Positions 52,001-60,837 of a stretch of DNA of 64,000 nt are shown piece by piece. Within the stretch, counting starts at the first letter, position 1, and each line of letters starts with the position of its first letter. The notes under the pieces are model-generated. The model had not been told where the DNA came from. It saw only the letters and a program-made list of their open reading frames with translations, and made no database searches. This stretch comes from an uncultured virus (IMG/VR IMGVR_UViG_3300023198_000928) (Duplodnaviria > Heunggongvirae > Uroviricota > Caudoviricetes), in the IMG/VR virus record IMGVR_UViG_3300023198_000928. One strand, 5' to 3'. The translations under genes were made by a program, and so were the position numbers.

Positions 52001-55000
52001 TTTCTGTTACAGATTCTACTAATTCCTCAACTGTTATTTTAGACCCTTTTATATTACCGGCTAACATAGGTAAAGTAAGTTCTGTCATCCTTGAAGCTGT
52101 TCTAATCATTACTGTAGAAAGCTTTAACATATCTGTTCTATCTTGGGCCTCAGTAGATGACACATCATTAAACATAGCAACTATTTCCTCCAATTGATTT
52201 ATAATACTAACATCAAGGCTAGTAGCTAAGTTATTTATAATATCTTCAAGATTTTCTAGTATAGTATTTCTAGCATCTGTATTAGCAAGATCTGAGGTAA
52301 GAATACCTTGAGCTTCAGTTAAGAAACTACCATATAATGCTTGCTCAGCCTCATTCATATTAGCAAATATATCAACAACAGTAGGAGGATAAAAAGCACC
52401 TCCAGTAACGTCTGTAAACTTAGATATTAAATTATTATATTTAACTGCCGGATCAGTTGTTAAAGTTATAGAAGATAGCCCATCTACAGGTTTTTCAGCT
52501 ACTACTTCTTCTGCAGCTTCAATACCCTCGAACATCTCTAAATAGTTTTCTCTAACTTTCTGTTTTGCTGCAGAATCTAATTTAGAACTAGGTAAAATAA
52601 CCTGATTTTTAGGCATTTTCTTAGCCTTATTTCCGTCTGGAATATTTATATCCTCACTTTTAACTACTATATGTACGAAATCAAATGCTCTAGTAAGCGC
52701 TGTATTTAATGCTTTTGAAGTTGCTTCTAAACCATTTAATGTTTGTTCTTTTACTACACCAAAAGGATGTTTAGGCATTTCTGCAAATACATAGTTTGCT
52801 TCTGAACCACCTATTTCTGAAAAAGGAAGTACTGTAAAAAATTCACTATAGCCCTCTTCTTCCATTAATTGTTGCATAGCTGTATTCCCTTGTTCAAACT
52901 GTGCTTGAGACTCTGGGGCAATCAATACATTAAATGTTTCAGGTATCGCGTCTTCCGCTAAATTCTTATTTACTGCAATAGTCTTATCTATATTATTTTT
53001 AATATTTGCAATTATTGTTGCATCATTTAGGATAGAATCAAACTCCTTACTAGAATCTTCCTCACTGGCTTTAATAATATTCGCACCATAGTATTTTCCA
53101 TTAGCTTCTCCATATTTCATACCTTTTTCAATAGTAATATCCAATGAATAAGTATCTGGAGATAAAGATTTTTCCATAGTTGCAATACTATCAACTAGAT
53201 AACTATTTCTAGCTCTAAAAGAGTAATCTAAATATGATAATGAAAATACTTGAGTAAGATCTACTGAGCCATCTAAAGGCACCCCATTAATTACAGATAC
53301 TTTTCCAGATTGACTAGGATCACCCATTAATATTAGTGAAATCGGATTTAAAGGATTACCGTACTTAGCATTAAAATCAGTTAATAAATTATCTATATTT
53401 TTAAGTTGTGGTGTACCCTTATTGTCACTAACTCTTGCATCTATATATGTAGCCTCATCTATAACTATTGCACTTGTTGTCAATAATTTTTCTCTTGCAA
53501 CATTTACACCATCTTCATCAGTAAGGTCACTCCTCATAGCCTCTTTAAGTAAATTTTCTAAATCATCTACTTCTAGACCTCCTGCAAATTCTCCTGCCAT
53601 ATCTCCAATAGACTTATCTATAATCTTTACTTGAGACTCGTTATTTGATACAGGAATAATAGATAAATTTTTAATTCCTCTATCTGCAAGAATTTCAGTA
53701 CCTATCTTCATACCAGCGTTAATAACGGCAGTAGATTTTCCTGATCCACCCATACCTATTACGAAAGTAGCTTTTATAGCATGATCTGGATTTTGAGATA
53801 AATAACTATCAACATTAGCTTTATATAGTGGTGAGAATACATAAGCTGCGGCATATTTAGCAGTATGCTCTTGAGCAGCTAATAATACTGTATCACTAGA
53901 TTTTGCATTCTCCATATCCCTTTTCAATTTAGCATAAAAAGGAGTAAAGTCTGTAGTAATAGCACCTAACATAATTGCAGCTGCTCTAATTTCTCTAGAG
54001 GTTTTTGCTTTATTTTTAGTTAATGAAGTATATTTATCTATAAAAAGATTCTTTATATACTCATCAATATCTGCTAATAGATCATCTTTTTCGTAATCTA
54101 TGGCTTCAATAGCGTCAGGAAGATCTTCAGGGTTTCCATTATAAATTTCAAATAATGCATTCTCTATCGCTATATTTAAAGCACCTAAATCTGTACTTGC
54201 TATATTATCAGCATCATCATAAATCTCTTCGAAATCATCAATCTTAGATGCTACTACTTCTTTAAGATATCTATAATTAGGGTCTTCTAATAAATCTCTA
54301 TAGATCGAGTATGTTTCCTCTATCTCAGCTGTCTTGAAACTAGTATATGGAAGATGGGAAGCACTTTTATCTACCACCTTCATTAATTCTTTCGCTTTTT
54401 TTAATACCCATTTAGAAGCAGTTAACGCCAACATTCCTTCCATTCTTAATCTAGAACTACCTTCGTCATTCTTTCCAATTACACTATTTGGTACAATAAT
54501 ATATTCACTTTTTAATACTTTAGTAAAAGCAACGTAGTCATCTAAATTAGCTAGTTGTCGAAGTCCTGAATCAGGAGAGTCAAAGAAATCAAATAACGCT
54601 TTTTCATCTGGCTTATAAATAGAAACTTCTCCAGTTGAAAGATCAAGTGCTGTTCCTCCTAAAAGATCTCTAGTGTATTTATATTTTTCAGTGATTAGTT
54701 TATCATCTTCAGTAAGTAGCCTCTCATCCATATCTAGAATTTCGTCTAATTTTATAGGATCATATAAGAAGTCTACAAAAAAATCTGAAGTATAAGTATA
54801 ATCTTTATATGCATGAACTTCTTGCTCAGTATCTGAAATTTCTCCAGGCTGATATTCAAAATCTATTATATCAATAACATTCTTTCTTAAAGAAGACATC
54901 ATTGTTACTCTATGTCTTAAAGTCCAGTCTTTTAATAAGTCCCCTATAGCCTCTTTTATTTCTATTTGATCAAGGATAGAATCAGTTTGTTTATAATCAT

Positions 55001-58000
55001 GTTTAGTTATTTGGTTTCCCATAGTACTATTAACTAAATCATTTATTTCTGAAATACCTAAGTCTACTAAATCTATAGGTAATAATTCTCCAGTAGCTGT
55101 AGCTCCTTTAAATAATGATCTAATATCTCTAGTTAATCCAATACTATTAGGATCAAATGATATATTTTTAGTGTTAGCATCATTAACCGCTCTTTTAAAA
55201 TTATTTACATATCCAGGAATTATATTTAAAGCATTTGAAGTTATAGGAGCATCCGTAGAGCCTTGTAACTTATCTAGAAATTTTTTCCCTACACTCTCTA
55301 CTCTTCCTTCTTCATCTAATATTGGTATATAAGCATTTTTAATATCCTTTCTAATTGAATTAAAGAATCTAATCATTTCACTGTCTTCAATTAAAGAATC
55401 TTGTAAATATTCATTCATTAATGCATTACCATTCTCTGATTCATGTTTAATGATTTCTCTATAAACTGCAAACATAGACTCATTAGTAGCCACTCCATTA
55501 GCTGGATTTATTTCAAATACTGAATTAGGGTTTTTAATATCAAATAAATCAGCTGCATCATCTAAATTTATGTCGCCATATAATTTATTCATCTTATCAA
55601 CCACTTTTTTGCTTATAAACCCAGTATTATCTTTATAAATTTTATGAAGTTCATTTAATTCTGCTTCAGATGTTCCCTCAATAGCGTCAACTTTTGTCTC
55701 AATCTCAGAAGCTTTTAGTATTCTAAATTCATTTTGTCTAGCATCTTCTAATGCTCTGAACCTCATCTGAAAAAGTTGATCTTTAAGTGGAGTATCTCCT
55801 AAATGCTCGTATTTTTTATCTCTATTATATTTGCTACCTAAAATAGTATTATCATAAGTTTCATTCTGCATTAAGTAATACTCTGAAGCGGAACCATTTG
55901 CAACAGCTCTAATTTTTCTATAGATATTAAACATATTACCTACATCCTCTTTAGTCACTTTGTCAGATAACTTTACTTCTGCTTCTAAACGTGCTAATAA
56001 AGAATCTTGATCTTCAGTCTCAACTTGACTATCTACCTTAGGAGTTTTACTAATAGTTTGATCATCTGTTACAGCAGTATTAGATTTATTTTGAATATCT
56101 ATCTTAGCTTTTAAATCTTTTATTTGTTTATGTTTTCTATCTAGCTCAACCTCAAACTTTTTAAACTCTTCCGGAATTCTATCATTAACTTCTTCCTCAT
56201 TAAGCTGATCCATTTCACTATATACAGCTAAAGAAATTCCTGTTTTATTATGTAATTCTATCAAGCTTCCCATTAAATTGGAGAAATCTTTTCTTATAGA
56301 ATTATTATTTACATATTCCTTTAATTGATCGCTATCACGCATCCTTAATGTAGCTTGCCCAAACATCCCTCTATGCATAAAAGTATCTATAACATTGATA
56401 TCATGTAGATAAGTATTATACACCATATCACTAAGGCTCTCCATATCTTCTCCTTGAACTAAAGGCTCAAACATCTCCTCTACTTTATTATAATCAGTGC
56501 TTAAATTATTTGGACCTAACTCTCCATTAGTCTTCATTTCTTTAAGTACATCAACAAGCTCTTCTTTTTTACCAGCCATTAAAATATCTGTTACAGAACT
56601 TGTATTAGTTATAGGATTTAAAGCAACCTTATTTCCAACCATACCCATAGGACCACCAATAGCACCAGCAACTCCTGAAGTAGCGTATCTTTCTACAGCA
56701 TCTTCAAAATACCCAGGATCAAATATCGACATATATCTTCCCTTACCTGCTTCGATGGCATTATTCATAAGGTATCCATAAGCAGATGCAACTTGTTTTA
56801 CTCCATCTTGGAATAATTCTTCAGTCATCTCTTCTAGACCCTCTTGTCTAGCTGCATACATCCATTGCTTAGGAGGAAGTTGCTTAGTAAATTTTCCAAA
56901 TACATTGCTAACAGCTTTATGAGCTCCTTTATATGCGGCCAGGGCTTTTTGCTCCATTGTTTTCTTACTGGCGGCTGTTCCTGCAGCTGTTGCTTTATTT
57001 GTTATTTTATCGAATGCTGTTTTTATACCTGTTTGTTGTTCGTTTGTTATAGCTTTTTTAATACTTTCTCGTACAGCTTTAGCCTCATAATCTCCAAATA
57101 TATAAGATGCATATTTAGTAGCTTTCCACATAGCAATACCCATAGCTCCAGTAATCATAGAAGCTTCAGTAGTAGTATAACCATTCTCTAATGCCTCATT
57201 ATATGAATCTTTCACGGCCAATGCTGTCAGAGTACCACGTACTGCGATTTCCGCCGCTCTTTTCTCTGCTTGAGCTAATGCTTTACCCGTCAAGCCTTTA
57301 TTAACAATACTAGGAATAGATCTACCTGCCTTACCTAAGGCTCCTGCCATGGCTACTTGTAGGGCTACATCAGCTGTAGTAGATAAGGCTGCTTCCAGAC
57401 TCCCAAAGAATCCGTCTTGTATAGCCTCCCTAGTCATTGATGTATTATATTGCTTAGCCTGTATACCTTTAGTTGTAAGCCATTTATATGCCTCACTAGA
57501 CTCTACCGTTAAATCATCATTTGAAAGTTTGCTTGTAATACCATATGCGCCTGCTATCGCCGCTCTAGATAATTGAATAGATGTATCTAGCATATTAACA
57601 GCCATATTGATAGGTGCCTTAACTAAAATCTTAGCATAATCAAGTACACTATCCGCTTCAAGTTTATTATTTTTAAGTACTCCATCTAATATACTACCGG
57701 TTTCAATATCCCATTTAGAGACTACTTGATCATTTCTTACATCTACCTCACTACCTGTAGCTTCGTCTAATACTTTACCATCATATATAGCATTAAAATA
57801 AAGGCCATTAACTCCTTCATTAGGATCTAAGTTATAAAAAGCATCAGAATAAGCTAATCCACCAAATGAAGGATCTGATTCCTCTAACGCTTTAAGTGCT
57901 TCAGGAGAGTAATCAATAGTTTCATATGAATGACTACCATCTGCATCAGTCTTTCTAATTTTAATTTCTGAAAAGTTTTCTCTGTAATCTTTAGTAGGAT

Positions 58001-58505
58001 TAGACCAATCTAGACCTTGCATTACAGTTCCGGCCATGTTAGTAAATCTCATAGTAGCATCAGCTCTAAGAGAAGATAGATCATCTCGTACTAATTCATA
58101 TCCAGATACTGATTTTTCATAATTCCCTAATTGAAATTGAGAATATTCCTTTTTACTATTATTATAGTCTTGTTCAAATTTATACTCAGCATCAGAACCA
58201 TACCTAGTAGAATAAGCTTTTTGAATATCTTCATCTTTCCAGTATTCTTCTTTAGACTTGAAATCATTAAATCCTCCAGCACCATATAACTCCATTAAGT
58301 TATCAGTACTAAGAGCAGGTTGTTTCATCCTAGTTAAGAAATAATCCTCCTTATCTCCAGATAAATCTTTTGAAGTGGATTCTTCTATCTGACTACCATC
58401 AATACCTCCGTTATCTACTTCTTTAGACAGCGCCTGTGATTGAGGACTAGTTACTATATTCTCTCCCTGTTCTACTTTTTCTATGGTATCTGTATTATTT
58501 GCCAT
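49011..58505 (-). CDS. giant putative virion cargo protein with central SF1 helicase domain
   Basis: GMGGSGKST, IVIDEAT, LMGDPSQ, SFRA, GGSEANYV, NTALTRA; Ala/Gly-rich hydrophobic N-terminal region. Confidence 0.8.
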   Translation of the reverse strand: MANNTDTIEKVEQGENIVTSPQSQALSKEVDNGGIDGSQIEESTSKDLSGDKEDYFLTRMKQPALSTDNLMELYGAGGFNDFKSKEEYWKDEDIQKAYSTRYGSDAEYKFEQDYNNSKKEYSQFQLGNYEKSVSGYELVRDDLSSLRADATMRFTNMAGTVMQGLDWSNPTKDYRENFSEIKIRKTDADGSHSYETIDYSPEALKALEESDPSFGGLAYSDAFYNLDPNEGVNGLYFNAIYDGKVLDEATGSEVDVRNDQVVSKWDIETGSILDGVLKNNKLEADSVLDYAKILVKAPINMAVNMLDTSIQLSRAAIAGAYGITSKLSNDDLTVESSEAYKWLTTKGIQAKQYNTSMTREAIQDGFFGSLEAALSTTADVALQVAMAGALGKAGRSIPSIVNKGLTGKALAQAEKRAAEIAVRGTLTALAVKDSYNEALENGYTTTEASMITGAMGIAMWKATKYASYIFGDYEAKAVRESIKKAITNEQQTGIKTAFDKITNKATAAGTAASKKTMEQKALAAYKGAHKAVSNVFGKFTKQLPPKQWMYAARQEGLEEMTEELFQDGVKQVASAYGYLMNNAIEAGKGRYMSIFDPGYFEDAVERYATSGVAGAIGGPMGMVGNKVALNPITNTSSVTDILMAGKKEELVDVLKEMKTNGELGPNNLSTDYNKVEEMFEPLVQGEDMESLSDMVYNTYLHDINVIDTFMHRGMFGQATLRMRDSDQLKEYVNNNSIRKDFSNLMGSLIELHNKTGISLAVYSEMDQLNEEEVNDRIPEEFKKFEVELDRKHKQIKDLKAKIDIQNKSNTAVTDDQTISKTPKVDSQVETEDQDSLLARLEAEVKLSDKVTKEDVGNMFNIYRKIRAVANGSASEYYLMQNETYDNTILGSKYNRDKKYEHLGDTPLKDQLFQMRFRALEDARQNEFRILKASEIETKVDAIEGTSEAELNELHKIYKDNTGFISKKVVDKMNKLYGDINLDDAADLFDIKNPNSVFEINPANGVATNESMFAVYREIIKHESENGNALMNEYLQDSLIEDSEMIRFFNSIRKDIKNAYIPILDEEGRVESVGKKFLDKLQGSTDAPITSNALNIIPGYVNNFKRAVNDANTKNISFDPNSIGLTRDIRSLFKGATATGELLPIDLVDLGISEINDLVNSTMGNQITKHDYKQTDSILDQIEIKEAIGDLLKDWTLRHRVTMMSSLRKNVIDIIDFEYQPGEISDTEQEVHAYKDYTYTSDFFVDFLYDPIKLDEILDMDERLLTEDDKLITEKYKYTRDLLGGTALDLSTGEVSIYKPDEKALFDFFDSPDSGLRQLANLDDYVAFTKVLKSEYIIVPNSVIGKNDEGSSRLRMEGMLALTASKWVLKKAKELMKVVDKSASHLPYTSFKTAEIEETYSIYRDLLEDPNYRYLKEVVASKIDDFEEIYDDADNIASTDLGALNIAIENALFEIYNGNPEDLPDAIEAIDYEKDDLLADIDEYIKNLFIDKYTSLTKNKAKTSREIRAAAIMLGAITTDFTPFYAKLKRDMENAKSSDTVLLAAQEHTAKYAAAYVFSPLYKANVDSYLSQNPDHAIKATFVIGMGGSGKSTAVINAGMKIGTEILADRGIKNLSIIPVSNNESQVKIIDKSIGDMAGEFAGGLEVDDLENLLKEAMRSDLTDEDGVNVAREKLLTTSAIVIDEATYIDARVSDNKGTPQLKNIDNLLTDFNAKYGNPLNPISLILMGDPSQSGKVSVINGVPLDGSVDLTQVFSLSYLDYSFRARNSYLVDSIATMEKSLSPDTYSLDITIEKGMKYGEANGKYYGANIIKASEEDSSKEFDSILNDATIIANIKNNIDKTIAVNKNLAEDAIPETFNVLIAPESQAQFEQGNTAMQQLMEEEGYSEFFTVLPFSEIGGSEANYVFAEMPKHPFGVVKEQTLNGLEATSKALNTALTRAFDFVHIVVKSEDINIPDGNKAKKMPKNQVILPSSKLDSAAKQKVRENYLEMFEGIEAAEEVVAEKPVDGLSSITLTTDPAVKYNNLISKFTDVTGGAFYPPTVVDIFANMNEAEQALYGSFLTEAQGILTSDLANTDARNTILENLEDIINNLATSLDVSIINQLEEIVAMFNDVSSTEAQDRTDMLKLSTVMIRTASRMTELTLPMLAGNIKGSKITVEELVESVTETLTGKNANVYDNLLLDMFKKSGPDIDTPGELALKERLILDSIKLAEQKRAEESIEEDEETEETREEAEEGEGDSTYVDYDIINNLDKGEKDAITNAFNSVIGLQAYIKNTKLTQRAEFNKGDTDPLFGVYETRIKDFDSSELTTIINNLNKADQGTVDGFKDILAPIFDKYTAESAIKELKRITNKARTAALLREAKNRTRDDDHDDNIETEPNARLNQLLVKLGVEGYMGSKVDSSSETKIRAAIVSLDKELIAKINSSENGGALFGEEWGDILELKELFNKVFYKADNNGNVQNPNKVGVRGFKNIGNTIDGQIKGTIEDFIKRRNNETGGTHMITGTNENLFANAKQALTANFEGGEPYPLVETEEALKLFNFSEGNKFKVDEVGVRFLSVKTKKAPFTIAVLTFTNARGDTIIGPQIVSKKATAEVKKFIKKGGDLARDPRNTNKANKYSVLDISLGEDFKKHLIARSGESGYSKDTGLTVDQLMSKGIKLVPTIFASTKRESGLVSRRAGNTVSGELFTFYSQDSSKNMSNSEITKKIKSGEDLNAGRDIVDDSGTIDSALGIVGVHLIPEFLTLKKIKDENPAVKFGEFPSWFSLALQLKFGAFLQVEGKKTFTAKTQKRTIDIGPNLAAFGDRLVTDANNYIGDNAEMRKNVEDVLTRLKNGTVSKLIEDFSYAFGDEVQNKLSENNQYPSSMFFHRPKGYEVYVININDMLEKGTPGFLKNFQEAAEVANFKVKPSIMMNDSNTLNAGKIHDIFIKKYPNILKTTATDMKTPTLVVTSYGYHTADSILEDIKSNPNYFDKAKSEAEKSTDKYSVPVMETFTNYANGEYSPQRLYLLVTEELPNELKEITEAIEAVIAEKDTDRQPFVDYMNNYKKAIVNRLALVRQNAAESIPRIDEEASTLESQNAYYNMVNNLYINYGPIDIEQTEAYVLELAPYIEDMGPDHDVQSDEFIEGFIEMMGYSYETAEELANKTVLEDALKNKKKCYL

Positions 58506-58515
58506 TGTATCTATA

Positions 58516-60771
58516 TTATTGAACTAAAAGCATCGCTGTATTTGATAAAGTTACTTTGCTAAAACTAGTCATATCATTAATTCCTTCTTTCCAAGCTTCA
58601 TTGTATTTCTGTAATTGGGCAACCTCTCCAATTTTTTCTCCTTTGATAGCTGCTATTCTACCTATATCATTTGCTCTAATAAATACATTGAATTTTACAG
58701 GATCATTAAACCAGCCTGTATCAACTCCATTTGTATCTTCTAAGAATTCTTCTTCTTTATCAGTTGTATCTTTAACCAATTCACCAAGTTTATCTTTTAT
58801 ACCAAATTTTCTACCGTCTCCTATTATTCCAACAATAAATACAGGTTCTAAACTAACTGGCTTATTTCCAAATATAGAAGTAATGTAGATCTCAGCTGCT
58901 TTAATAGTTTCTACAGCTGCTTTAGCTCTGATAAATCTATTATTTGCTTTTTCACCACCACCTTTAGCTTCTTCTCTATACTTCTCAACAGTTGCAGCAT
59001 TACCACTTTGTACCCAGTCCTGATATTTCTTATAATCATTTTGTGCAGTAGGATTAAGATTTCCAGGTAATAAATCACTAGCTGGTGTAGTTATTTTATC
59101 TCCATGAGTGCTCATAACTTTAATAAAGTCTTCTCTAGATTTCATCTTAACCTTAGCAAGTCCTTTAGCTTTTCCATGAACAAATTCACCATTACTAAAT
59201 GGAATTAATGCCATATGAACAGGTTTGTTTGGGTCTAATGAAGTATGATCACCAAAATAAGTACTTACATCAGTACTACTACCTAGTAATTTTTTAAAGT
59301 CTTGTCCCTTTTCAGAAAATATTGTAGAGGTATCACCTTGTTCATCAAGTATTGAATTAGATAATAATTTATTTTGTTTTTTATCTGTAATAGTCGCTTT
59401 TGGATCTTTAACTATATTTAAGGCTCCAGTTGAAATAGCTCCTCTAACCATTGGCATATTAATATCAATTACCCTAGTCTCTCCATCTACATCAATTTCA
59501 TCACCTATAGTATATTGTTCTATATTATTACCTTTAGTGAATGCCATATAATTAGCAACACCTAAATTAGCATTTGCTTTAAAAGTAACTTCACCTGTAC
59601 CACCTCCACCTTCACTATCGCTACCAGATTTTTTCTTAGGAGCATCTAAAATTTTAGAGACTAATAATGCCTTTATTCCAATATCTATAAATTGCATCCT
59701 TTCTTTTGGGGTCTCTAATGTATTTAAATATGCTTTACTTTTATTATTAGCTAGAAATTCTGCTCGCAAAGATGCTACTAAAATAGATCTATCTGCAGCA
59801 CTACTCATTACATCATTAAATAATGAATCAGCAGCTTTTCTTACGGCTATTTCAGTACTACTATTAGTGTCTTTTAAATCTTTTAAATCTCCAGAATAAA
59901 AATCAGCCCCTTTCATTATATTATCAAGACCTCTAGACCAAACACCAGTATCACCATCCATTTTTCCAGTAGCCATTTTACCGTCATTTAAATGAATCTG
60001 CCCTTTAGTCCTGTCTATAGAATACTGAAGATAATCTTTCTTACCTTTAAAATATCTATCAAATACTGTATTTTCTCCTAAAGCTCCCGATTGCATAAAT
60101 TCTTGAACTATACTATTATCTCTAGAATAATCATAATTACGTTTCCAGGTAGATACATCACCTATCTTCATTATTTGATATTTATCGGTATTATTAGCGT
60201 AGTCTTCTAGAGTAACTTTAGCTACTTCAGATCTACCAGTCTCTTCGGATTTTCTTTGTACCATAACATTACCTAAAGAAGAGATAGCATATACTTGTCT
60301 GTCTTCGTCTGTTATAGATTTATCGGCAATATCAAATTCCTCTTTTTCAGATTTTAATGATGATTCAAGCATGATACCTTTGTTAACAATGGCCTGGTGC
60401 ATTATTTGGGCATCTGGAGTAGAAAGCCACTCAATACCGTTTTGTTTTATAGCGCCATAATATGCTTGTTGGTCTTGTTGAAACTCAGCATTAGCAGCAT
60501 CTCTAGAGCTTTTTAAACCACCTGTCAACGCAGTAAATCCTTCTATTTTTGGAGGTTTAGTAGTTCCTGATTTCTTTCTACTACTAGCAGTAATTCTAGC
60601 ATTCTTTTCTCTGGCTTTCTGTTCTAAGAGCATTAATTCATATGGGTCATCTCTCCAATCATATCCAGCACCAAAAGCACTTACTCCTCCTGATTGGAAT
60701 TTCTGTGTTCCATTAGAAGCATAAGTGCGTTTACCATACATTAATATTCCGGCTATTTTTCTTTTACGCAT
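58516..60771 (-). CDS. putative virion cargo/ejection protein
   Basis: 751 aa, cysteine-free, N-terminal KFQSGG, in the cargo operon. Confidence 0.6.
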   Translation of the reverse strand: MRKRKIAGILMYGKRTYASNGTQKFQSGGVSAFGAGYDWRDDPYELMLLEQKAREKNARITASSRKKSGTTKPPKIEGFTALTGGLKSSRDAANAEFQQDQQAYYGAIKQNGIEWLSTPDAQIMHQAIVNKGIMLESSLKSEKEEFDIADKSITDEDRQVYAISSLGNVMVQRKSEETGRSEVAKVTLEDYANNTDKYQIMKIGDVSTWKRNYDYSRDNSIVQEFMQSGALGENTVFDRYFKGKKDYLQYSIDRTKGQIHLNDGKMATGKMDGDTGVWSRGLDNIMKGADFYSGDLKDLKDTNSSTEIAVRKAADSLFNDVMSSAADRSILVASLRAEFLANNKSKAYLNTLETPKERMQFIDIGIKALLVSKILDAPKKKSGSDSEGGGGTGEVTFKANANLGVANYMAFTKGNNIEQYTIGDEIDVDGETRVIDINMPMVRGAISTGALNIVKDPKATITDKKQNKLLSNSILDEQGDTSTIFSEKGQDFKKLLGSSTDVSTYFGDHTSLDPNKPVHMALIPFSNGEFVHGKAKGLAKVKMKSREDFIKVMSTHGDKITTPASDLLPGNLNPTAQNDYKKYQDWVQSGNAATVEKYREEAKGGGEKANNRFIRAKAAVETIKAAEIYITSIFGNKPVSLEPVFIVGIIGDGRKFGIKDKLGELVKDTTDKEEEFLEDTNGVDTGWFNDPVKFNVFIRANDIGRIAAIKGEKIGEVAQLQKYNEAWKEGINDMTSFSKVTLSNTAMLLVQ

Positions 60772-60837
60772 ATCTCTAGATTATTATATTATATAATACG
60801 CAAAATAAACATTAAAACACAATATTAAAAGATAATG

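Noticed and set aside
60772..60837. Possible promoter in the AT-rich gap upstream of the 751-aa gene
   Set aside because: Only a partial match to the Bacteroidota TAnnTTTG element; TATAAT-like words are expected by chance at this AT content.
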